14,812 bases of DNA, taken from positions 1-14,812 of the forward strand of contig JABLTI010000069.1 of assembly GCA_013166835.1 (NCBI GenBank). The letters are read 5' to 3'. The translations under genes and the position numbers were made by a program. The DNA comes from Promethearchaeati archaeon. Lineage in GTDB: Archaea > Asgardarchaeota > Heimdallarchaeia > JABLTI01. The notes under the pieces were generated by a model. That model was not told the DNA's origin. It was given only the letters and a program-made list of their open reading frames with translations, and ran no database searches. This document shows positions 7,325 through 14,812 of the stretch, piece after piece; within the stretch, counting starts at the first letter, position 1; the number at the start of each line of letters is the position of its first letter.

Positions 7325-9238
7325 CTAAACTAGTCTAATTGTCTCAAGGACATCAGGTGCTTTCGTTTCGATTTTCAGCATTTTATGTAAAGTCGATGCT
7401 AGCGAAATACACTTTGATTTTTCTCCATGAATTAGGAAGAGCTTCTCTGGGCGAGGTGTCGCTTTTCGAGCGAAATTCAAAAGTTCTCGACGATCACTAT
7501 GACCTGAAAAACCAATGACAGTATGAATTTCCATCTCGATCTTAAGTACTCGAGCATGACCTTTTTCCATAAGAGTGATTTCATTCACATTTTTCTGTAC
7601 TTTTCTACCAAGTGATCCTTCTCCCTGATAACTTACGAATATTAAGGAGTTTTTAGCACCACCGGATAATTTATCGAAATATTCTACGGAAGGTCCACCG
7701 GTCATCATACCACTTGTAGCCATAATAATACAAGGATCACCCAAGATTATTTGTGCGCGTTCATCTCTACTCTCAACTTTGTGGAAACATTCAGCTAAAA
7801 AGGGATTTTGTCCAACATGAAAAATTTTCTCTCTCAATTTTCTGCTGAGATATTCAGGATGACAAGTAGTTACTGCAGATGCTTCTGAAATCATTCCATC
7901 AAGATAAATTGGAACTTTTGGAATCATACCTTTTGCCATTAAAGATTCGAGAACAATTTGTAGCTCTTGAGCACGTCCAACAGCAAGTACAGGTATGAGT
8001 ACTTTTCCACCACGGTTTAGGGTTTCAACAACTATCCCCATTAACTGCGCTTCAGCTTCTCTATTGGTAGGCATTATATCTTGTGGATTCCCATATGTAG
8101 ATTCCATAAATAATGCTTCTAAACGTGGGAATTTTGAGATCGCAGGATCCAACAAATTAGTTTGTCGATATTTGAAGTCTTGAGCAATTGCCAGATTATA
8201 GAGACCGTTACCAATATGCAAATGCACAACTGCTGAACCCAAAATATGACCAGCATTATGTAAAGTTAATCGAACATCAGGTGAGATATCTGTTACTTCA
8301 CCATAACTCAAAGGTATTGTATGTAAAACCAAATCTCTAACATCCTTTGAAGCATATGGTAACATTTTACCTTCTTTTTTAGCTACATCCAAATAATCAA
8401 TTTGTAAAAGGGTCATTAGATTACTTGTAGCTTTAGTAGTGTAAACTGGGCCTTCGTAACCATATTTATACAAGTATGGTAGAAAACCACAGTGATCTAA
8501 ATGAGCATGAGTTATTACTACAGCATCAAGATTTTCTATAGAAAATTCCGAAGTATCAAGCCTTGGAAACATATCTTTGGTAGTGTTTCGACCAACATTG
8601 ACTCCACAATCAATTAAAATACTACTCTCTGGTGTGCGTAGTAAAGTAGCACTTCGACCAACTTCACGATAACCCCCAAGTGAAGTTATTCGAACCCATT
8701 CAGTAGGAAACACTTGCTTTCTATGAATTCTTCTCCCAACTTTTCGGAGGATTTTTTTTCTCTCTTCACTATTTTTGAATAATATATCACGAACAGTTTT
8801 TATAATTCGAGATTCCAAAGGAGGAGCTCTTGAGACATTTGGTCTCCAGAATGTCTCCGAAGTAATTTTTCTTAAAGTTGCACCATTCTTTCCAATTACC
8901 AATCCCGGTTTTACTGCCTCAATAAGAATCTCACCAATGTTTGGATCAAATTGAATTGTGGATATTTCTGCTTCCTCTGGAACAAGTTCCTTAACTAATT
9001 TTGTTGCTTTTGCTTCATCCTTTCTTACAGAAGGATCTGAACGAATAACAATTCGTTTTCGTAAATCTTTTGCTAAATTTTTGACCAGTTCACCATTGTC
9101 AACTAAAATTTGCGGATTTCTTGAATAAACAGCAACTTCAGGTCCTTCAAACTCAATTTCAGTAATGTCTGCTGAAGGAGGGGTTTTTGCTAAAATTTCT
9201 GTTTTAATTTCGTTCAATGTTTCTTGGCTTATTAACAT
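7325..9238 (-). CDS. fttA: aCPSF1 / FttA: KH-domain beta-CASP ribonuclease, archaeal transcription termination factor
   Basis: 637 aa. N-terminal EFEGP and KPGLVIGKNG KH motifs, LGGYREVGRS, THAHLDH, AGHILGS, ESTYG, VGRAQE, GFSGHSDR and HGE. Confidence 0.97.
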   Translation of the reverse strand: MLISQETLNEIKTEILAKTPPSADITEIEFEGPEVAVYSRNPQILVDNGELVKNLAKDLRKRIVIRSDPSVRKDEAKATKLVKELVPEEAEISTIQFDPNIGEILIEAVKPGLVIGKNGATLRKITSETFWRPNVSRAPPLESRIIKTVRDILFKNSEERKKILRKVGRRIHRKQVFPTEWVRITSLGGYREVGRSATLLRTPESSILIDCGVNVGRNTTKDMFPRLDTSEFSIENLDAVVITHAHLDHCGFLPYLYKYGYEGPVYTTKATSNLMTLLQIDYLDVAKKEGKMLPYASKDVRDLVLHTIPLSYGEVTDISPDVRLTLHNAGHILGSAVVHLHIGNGLYNLAIAQDFKYRQTNLLDPAISKFPRLEALFMESTYGNPQDIMPTNREAEAQLMGIVVETLNRGGKVLIPVLAVGRAQELQIVLESLMAKGMIPKVPIYLDGMISEASAVTTCHPEYLSRKLREKIFHVGQNPFLAECFHKVESRDERAQIILGDPCIIMATSGMMTGGPSVEYFDKLSGGAKNSLIFVSYQGEGSLGRKVQKNVNEITLMEKGHARVLKIEMEIHTVIGFSGHSDRRELLNFARKATPRPEKLFLIHGEKSKCISLASTLHKMLKIETKAPDVLETIRLV

Positions 9239-9615
9239 GTTTTCTCTCTCGTATGTTTTGAAATTTTTATGTTTTTTTTTATAATAATTTTTATTTTGAA
9301 ATTCTTTAAGAATTCAAGGCATTTTTCGGCTAAAGAATACTGTCTGTGTTTTAGTTCATTATTTGCTATCTATGTAGCTTTACTAATCTTGTTGTCTTGG
9401 AAGTCGTTGTTCTTTTGATGTTTCTTTAATTCGTGGATATCAACCAAAATTGAATTTACACAGGTTAAGATAATGGCATTCTTGCCAAAAAAACTCCTTA
9501 GATTATCTTGAAATTTTTTAGTATTTAAAACTATTCTTAATGGTTATTTAATACGAACAGTAAAAATTGGGTTATTTTTTCCTTAGAATATTTCCACTGA
9601 TTAATACTTAACAAT

Positions 9616-9631
9616 GAAAAAGCTATTAAAA
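9616..9631 (+). promoter_or_regulatory. BRE-TATA promoter candidate for ftcD
   Basis: GAAAAAGC-TATTAAAA about 50 nt upstream of GTG 9682. GGTGA SD at 9670-9674. Confidence 0.45.
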
Positions 9632-9681
9632 GAAGAGTATTTTCTGCAAATTATCAGAGAATAAGATATGGTGAGTATAAA

Positions 9682-10596
9682 GTGTCTGAAAAAAGAAAAA
9701 TTGTTGAGTCAGTACCAAATTATAGCGAAGGAACTGATGGAAAGATAGTCGAAGCTATTGTTGATGAAATAAGAAATACATCAAAAACTAGAATTGTTGA
9801 CATACAATATGATTCCGATTATAATAGAGCAGTCATTACTTTCGTGGGCGAACCAGAAGCAGTTCTTAAAGCAAATATTGCTGCATCCAAAAAAGCTATA
9901 GAATTAATTGACATGAAAAAACACAAAGGACAACACCCACGTATTGGTGCAACAGATGTCGTTCCTTTCGTTCCTGCACAAAATATGACTATGGAAGAAT
10001 GCAATGAATTGGCTAAAAGATACGCAAAAGCTATGGCTAAAGAAGGTGTCCCCATTTATCTCTATGAAGAAACAGCTACAAAACCAGAACGAAGAAATAT
10101 TGACAATATTCGTGTTGGGGATTATGAAGGATTAAGAAAAACCATAGAAACAAATCCTGATCACAAACCCGATTTTGGCCCTTCCAAATTCCATCCGAGA
10201 GGAGGAGCTACAGTAACCGGAGCGAGAATGCCCCTTGTGTGTTTGAACATTAATTTAGGGACAACAGATGTAAAAGTTGCTAAAAGAGTTGCTAGAAGAA
10301 TCCATCTTGCTTCTGGAGGTTTAGTTAATATTAAAGCAATGGGAACAGCAATCGATGGAGAGGATTTTGTACAGGTAGGCATTAGTAATATAAATTACAA
10401 GAAAACACCTATGTATAGACAACTTGAATTGGCAAGAATAGAAGCTGCAAGATACGGAGTCCCAATAATTGGAACCGAATTAGTAGGACCAATTCCTTTA
10501 GAAGCTGCCTTAAACTCTCTCGAATACTATCTACAACTTGTCAATCCTAAACATCTTAAAGAAGAAAACCTTATTGAACACTATTTTGACTTCTGA
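9682..10596 (+). CDS. ftcD: Glutamate formimidoyltransferase (stand-alone FT domain, no cyclodeaminase)
   Basis: Motifs VESVPNYSEG, DSDYNRAVITFVG, HKGQHPRIGATDVVPFVP, PDFGP, GATVTGAR and ELVG.IP. Confidence 0.95.
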   Translation: MSEKRKIVESVPNYSEGTDGKIVEAIVDEIRNTSKTRIVDIQYDSDYNRAVITFVGEPEAVLKANIAASKKAIELIDMKKHKGQHPRIGATDVVPFVPAQNMTMEECNELAKRYAKAMAKEGVPIYLYEETATKPERRNIDNIRVGDYEGLRKTIETNPDHKPDFGPSKFHPRGGATVTGARMPLVCLNINLGTTDVKVAKRVARRIHLASGGLVNIKAMGTAIDGEDFVQVGISNINYKKTPMYRQLELARIEAARYGVPIIGTELVGPIPLEAALNSLEYYLQLVNPKHLKEENLIEHYFDF

Positions 10597-10610
10597 AGAA
10601 ATTTGATTCC

Positions 10611-10647
10611 GCGAGTGATACAAGCACTCGCATAATTTTTTGTTTTT
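10611..10647. terminator. GC-rich hairpin with T-tract between convergent ftcD and hutI
   Basis: GCGAGTG-atacaag-CACTCGC is a perfect 7-bp stem (10611-10631), followed on + by ATAATTTTTTGTTTTT. Confidence 0.6.
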
Positions 10648-10648
10648 C

Positions 10649-11932
10649 TTAATTTTCTACTACAATCTTACCATTTTTGATTACTTTAGAGACTAGATTA
10701 ATCCCAAATTGATAAGATAGGAAATAGTAATTTGGGACTTCAAAAATAGCAATATCTGCTTTTTTACCTACTTCTAAAGATCCAATTTCGTTTTCTCTTT
10801 GAATTGCACATGCAGCATTAATTGTTGCAGCAGTTAGTGCTTCTGCAGGAGACATTTTCATGTTATAACAAGAAAGTACAATCGTCATAAGCATTGATTC
10901 GGTCCAACAATTAGGATTTAAATCCGTGGCAATAGCGACAGGTATACCATACTCTATCATCTTTCTTGCTGGAGCATAATCCTTCATCATAAGACAAAAT
11001 GGAGTACCAGGTAAGAGAATTGCAATAACTCCAGCTTTCGCCATTGCTTTCAATCCAGCATCATTTGATTGTAACAAATGACCTGTTTGCACTGCTTTTA
11101 ATTCAGCAGCTAGTGCAGCACCATTAGTGTCAACAATTTCATCAATGTGAATAATCATCTTAATTCCAAGATTTTTAGCAGCTAAGAGAATTTTTCTTGT
11201 TTGATCGATGGAGAAGATTCCTTTTTCACAAAAAACATCGCAAAATTCAGCTAATCCTTTTTCAGCTACTTTTGGAAGCATTTCAGAAATGACAAGATCA
11301 ACATACTCATCAGTTCGTCCTTTGAACTCTGGGGGAATTGCATGAGCTCCCAGAAAAGTTGGTACCAGATCTATTGGATGCTGTTTATCCAGAACTCTTA
11401 CAGCTTCTAATGATTTAATTTCGTCTTTTGTAGATAAACCATAACCTGATTTGGCTTCGACAGTTGTAGTTCCATGTTTTAACATCTTATCCAAAATGTT
11501 CTTCCCGTTTTCAACTAGTTCTTCAATTGTAGCTTTTCGTGTTTCTCTTACTGTCTTTAGAATCCCTCCTCCAGCTTCTAGTATTTCCAAATATGTTTTT
11601 CCAGCTAATTTCATTGTTAGTTCATTTTCTCGTGAACCCGCGAAGATAAGATGAACATGAGGATCTACAAAACCTGGTGTAACTAATTTGTTAGTTGCAT
11701 TGATTTGAATTGTTTTCTCATCAATTTTCACAGTATTCATTAATTCCTTTGTAGTTCCAACGAAAACTATTGTTCCGTCTTTAATTGCTAATGCGCCATC
11801 GTTTATTATGGCTAATTCTTTCATTGCTTTACCAATTCGAGGTACTCCGAATTTTGAGTTCATTGTTACTAATTCATTAGCATGTTTGATTACTGTATCA
11901 GGAATTATATCCTTAGAATTCTTAGAAGACAT
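10649..11932 (-). CDS. hutI: Imidazolonepropionase
   Basis: Motifs PGFVDPHVHLIFAGSRENE, YLEILEAGGGI, GTTTVEAKSGYGL, TFLGAHAIP, DVFCEKG, HIDE and ATDLNPN. Start is ATG 11932 or TTG 11938. Confidence 0.96.
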   Translation of the reverse strand: MSSKNSKDIIPDTVIKHANELVTMNSKFGVPRIGKAMKELAIINDGALAIKDGTIVFVGTTKELMNTVKIDEKTIQINATNKLVTPGFVDPHVHLIFAGSRENELTMKLAGKTYLEILEAGGGILKTVRETRKATIEELVENGKNILDKMLKHGTTTVEAKSGYGLSTKDEIKSLEAVRVLDKQHPIDLVPTFLGAHAIPPEFKGRTDEYVDLVISEMLPKVAEKGLAEFCDVFCEKGIFSIDQTRKILLAAKNLGIKMIIHIDEIVDTNGAALAAELKAVQTGHLLQSNDAGLKAMAKAGVIAILLPGTPFCLMMKDYAPARKMIEYGIPVAIATDLNPNCWTESMLMTIVLSCYNMKMSPAEALTAATINAACAIQRENEIGSLEVGKKADIAIFEVPNYYFLSYQFGINLVSKVIKNGKIVVEN

Positions 11933-12103
11933 ATGCAACCTAACCTTTTATCCTCTTTTTTCAAATGAGGATGTTTCTACTTAAGAAGATTACTTTAAAC
12001 AACGGGAAAAATTTAACAGAGAATAATAAAATCTAAAATAAGAAGAAATATTGAAAGGTAAGCAAATTAGGATTTATGTTATACATTATCGGAGATAAGC
12101 AAA

Positions 12104-13924
12104 TTGACAGATCATAAGAAAGAAATCGAAATATATGGACGCCCAATGTTTATGGATTTAAAACCAGAAGAGTCTTTGAAAGCAGATGAAAGTACTGAAA
12201 TGTTGCAATGTAAAACATGGGATGCTGAAGCAGCTCTAAGAATGCTGAAGAATAACTTGCATCCAAATGTTGCGCGTAATTGGGAAGAATTAATCGTCTA
12301 TGGTGGATCTGGAAGAGCTGCAAGAAATTGGAAGGAATATCATAAGATTGAGAGAGCGCTAAAAGAGCTCGAACCTGATGAAACTCTTTGTATTCAATCA
12401 GGAAAACCGGTGTATATTGCTCCAACACATAAAGAAGCTCCTAGAGTTATAATAGCTAATTCAAACTTAGTTGGATATTGGGCAACCCAGGATTATTTTG
12501 ATGAAATGGATCGCTTAGGTCTGATGATGTACGGACAAATGACAGCTGGAAGTTGGATCTATATTGGCACTCAAGGAATTCTCCAAGGAACCTATGAGAG
12601 CTTTGCTGCTGCAGCAAAAATGGATTTCAAAGCTGATTCTTTAGGAGGAAAATTAATTCTTACCGCTGGTATGGGAGCGATGTCTGGTGCTCAACCAATG
12701 GCTGCAACTTTGAATGATGCAGTAATTATAGATGTTGAAGTGAAAGATTCAGAAATCGCACGTAAAGTTGAGGAAAACTACTGCGACAAGATGACATACG
12801 AGCTTGATGAAGCCATTAAGTGGGCTCTAGAAGCTAAGAAGAACAAAGAACCACTATCCATTGGACTCGTAGGTAATGCTGCGGATATTCATCCTGAACT
12901 CATTAGAAAAGGAGTTATTCCTGATATTGTGACAGATCAAACATGTGCACATGAAGTGAAGAAATATGTTCCTAGCGGGTATGACAAGAATTTTGTAGAG
13001 CTCCTTGAAAGTGGTGTGCAGATTAGTGAAAGGGAATATGTTCGTGAATCCTTCAAATCTATGGCTACACATGTGAAAGCAATGATTGATATGCAAGAGA
13101 AAGGAGCGATCGTATTTGATTATGGTAATGCAATTCGAAACCAAGTTGAATTAGCACTTGAAATAATAAATGGTAACGCTCCTGCTGCAGCTGGGATGAC
13201 AAAAGAAGATGTCATAAACATGAGGGAGCACTTTAAGAAAATTGGTTTAGTTACCGTAAGAAATAAACAAGGCGGTTATGCATTTCCAGGTTTTGTATTA
13301 AAATATGTGAGACCGCTTTTCTGTGAAGGCAAAGGACCTTTCAGATGGGCAATTTTATCAGGTGATCCAAAAGATTTAGCAGCAATTGATGATGCTCTTA
13401 TTTCAACATTCCCAGATGACAAACCATTAGTGAGATGGATTGATCGAGTACGAGAAAAAGTACCAATTCTTGGGTTACCTACAAGGATTTGCTGGTTAGG
13501 TTATGGTGAGCGAGCAAAGTTTGGTTTAATTATTAATGATCTCATAAAAGAAGGAACAGTATCAGCTCCGGTTGTCATTGGTCGCGATCATCTTGATTGT
13601 GGGTCAGTAGCATCACCAAGCAGGGAAACAGAAGGAATGAAGGATGGAAGTGATGCAATCGCGGATTGGCCACTTATCAATTTTGCATTAAATGCAGTCA
13701 ATGGTGCAAGTTGGGTTTCCTTCCATCATGGAGGAGGAGTCGGAATTGGGAATTCACTTCATGCAGGCATGGTAATAGTAGCTGATGGTACAAAAGAACG
13801 AGCTAAGAGATTGCAGAGAGTCCTTACAGTTGATCCTGGAACAGGTGTTGCTCGACACGTCGATGCTGGATATGATCTAGCAATAAATGTAGCTAAGGAT
13901 CGAAAGGTAAAGATCCCAAAATAA
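12104..13924 (+). CDS. hutU: Urocanate hydratase
   Basis: Motifs [52 protein letters not shown] and [20 protein letters not shown] start preceded by a GGAGA SD at 12091-12095. Confidence 0.97.
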   Translation: MTDHKKEIEIYGRPMFMDLKPEESLKADESTEMLQCKTWDAEAALRMLKNNLHPNVARNWEELIVYGGSGRAARNWKEYHKIERALKELEPDETLCIQSGKPVYIAPTHKEAPRVIIANSNLVGYWATQDYFDEMDRLGLMMYGQMTAGSWIYIGTQGILQGTYESFAAAAKMDFKADSLGGKLILTAGMGAMSGAQPMAATLNDAVIIDVEVKDSEIARKVEENYCDKMTYELDEAIKWALEAKKNKEPLSIGLVGNAADIHPELIRKGVIPDIVTDQTCAHEVKKYVPSGYDKNFVELLESGVQISEREYVRESFKSMATHVKAMIDMQEKGAIVFDYGNAIRNQVELALEIINGNAPAAAGMTKEDVINMREHFKKIGLVTVRNKQGGYAFPGFVLKYVRPLFCEGKGPFRWAILSGDPKDLAAIDDALISTFPDDKPLVRWIDRVREKVPILGLPTRICWLGYGERAKFGLIINDLIKEGTVSAPVVIGRDHLDCGSVASPSRETEGMKDGSDAIADWPLINFALNAVNGASWVSFHHGGGVGIGNSLHAGMVIVADGTKERAKRLQRVLTVDPGTGVARHVDAGYDLAINVAKDRKVKIPK

Positions 13925-13936
13925 GCGGTGATAGAA

Positions 13937-14734
13937 ATGGCAACAGCTAAGCTATCGTTTGAAATAGATGCAGAAAAAGTTTGCAAACAAATAGATTCCT
14001 TCATTCAAGGAATGATTGAAACCTCGAAAACTAAAGGCCTTATAGTTGGTTTGAGTGGTGGTATTGACTCAGCAGTTTGTGCAGCATTAGCTGTAAGAGC
14101 AATTGGAAAAGAAAAAGTTCTTGGTTTAATAGAACCAAATGCAAAACTAGATCCAGCTTATGAAGAAGATGCCCGGAAACATGCAAAACAATTAGGAATA
14201 GAAGTCAAAAAAATTGCAATTACTGACATGGTTGCTGCTTTTATAACAAACGCTGATGTGGAAATAGCTAAAAACCAACTTGCTCTAGGGAATGTGATGG
14301 CACGATTACGAATGGTAATAAATTATGCCTATGCAAACCATATGAATTATCTTGTCCTCGGAACTAGTAATAAATCAGAGTTAGTGGTGGGTTATGTTAC
14401 TAAATATGGAGATGGAGGAGTTGATTTCGAACCATGTGGAGATTTGTATAAAACACAAATACGCATGCTCGCAAAACATCTCAATATCCCAGAAGAAATA
14501 ATCACAAAAGCTCCATCAGCGGGTCTTTGGGATGGGCAAACTGACGAAGGAGAAATGGGCATTACGTATGATACATTGGATTTGATATTGTTAGCAAAGG
14601 AAAAGGATTATTCCAAAGAACAAATTATCGAAGAATTACAAATTGAGGAAGCGTTGTTTGATAAAGTAGATAAAATGATTAAGAATTCAGAACACAAAAG
14701 AAAAATGCCACCAATATTGGAATTGGATTTCTGA
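13937..14734 (+). CDS. nadE: NH3-dependent NAD+ synthetase
   Basis: Motifs GLSGGIDSAV, GNVMARLRM, GTSNKSE, GYVTKYGDGG, YKTQI, PSAGLWDGQTDE and SEHKR, with no glutaminase domain. The GGTGA SD at 13927-13931 favours ATG 13937 over GTG 13928. Confidence 0.96.
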   Translation: MATAKLSFEIDAEKVCKQIDSFIQGMIETSKTKGLIVGLSGGIDSAVCAALAVRAIGKEKVLGLIEPNAKLDPAYEEDARKHAKQLGIEVKKIAITDMVAAFITNADVEIAKNQLALGNVMARLRMVINYAYANHMNYLVLGTSNKSELVVGYVTKYGDGGVDFEPCGDLYKTQIRMLAKHLNIPEEIITKAPSAGLWDGQTDEGEMGITYDTLDLILLAKEKDYSKEQIIEELQIEEALFDKVDKMIKNSEHKRKMPPILELDF

Positions 14735-14740
14735 ATTCCG

Positions 14741-14756
14741 ATACTTTTTATTTTAT
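14741..14756 (+). terminator. U-rich terminator candidate downstream of nadE
   Basis: T-tracts (CTTTTTATTTT) just after the stop codon, consistent with archaeal oligo-U termination. Confidence 0.35.
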
Positions 14757-14812
14757 AAAAATAATAGTTTCCTAGAATACTTTAATTAAATAATGATAGT
14801 CGTTTTAGAAAA

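Noticed and set aside
9232-9543. Minus-strand frame open for about 100 codons with a single TAG (possible pseudogene or Pyl readthrough)
   Set aside because: No ATG or SD-linked start and no recognisable protein similarity. The A-rich strand bias can explain the scarcity of stops.
10594-10635. Possible selenocysteine readthrough: ftcD TGA followed 14 nt later by a hairpin
   Set aside because: The TGA is at the normal end of the FT domain, readthrough adds only about 13 residues, the position is not a catalytic Cys, and the hairpin does not resemble an archaeal or eukaryotic SECIS.
6163-14004. Short ORFs 6163-6453, 7995-8183, 9819-10055, 10161-10382, 11451-11654, 12150-12428, 12854-13144 and 13759-14004
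   Set aside because: All are antisense to conserved genes and show no independent coding evidence.
1-14812. CRISPR arrays, tRNA/rRNA genes, IS elements, integrases or Asgard-type intergenic tandem repeat arrays
   Set aside because: I saw no regularly spaced direct repeats, cloverleaf/rRNA-like GC-rich segments or transposase/recombinase motifs by eye.

Overview
AT-rich, gene-dense archaeal chromosomal segment. SmAP1-rpl37e, aCPSF1/FttA, a COG2016-type PUA protein, BRE/TATA promoters and GGTGA/GGAG Shine-Dalgarno motifs all indicate an archaeon. An Asgard (Heimdall/Loki-like) origin is my inference and cannot be proven from this window. From left to right: the 5' end of an amidohydrolase (not in the ORF track), a DinB protein, a small Cys-rich hypothetical protein, an unusual MobA-like nucleotidyltransferase/helical/HD/Zn-ribbon fusion, and a type I membrane protein with a GldG/IFT52 (GIFT)-like domain. 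Next come a P-loop kinase, rpl37e (not in the ORF track), SmAP1, a PUA protein, a bicupin and aCPSF1. The window ends with a histidine-utilisation cluster (ftcD, hutI, hutU) followed immediately by nadE. I found no RNA genes, CRISPR arrays or mobile elements. The best novelty candidates are the NTase-HD-Zn fusion, the GIFT membrane protein and the hutU-nadE coupling.
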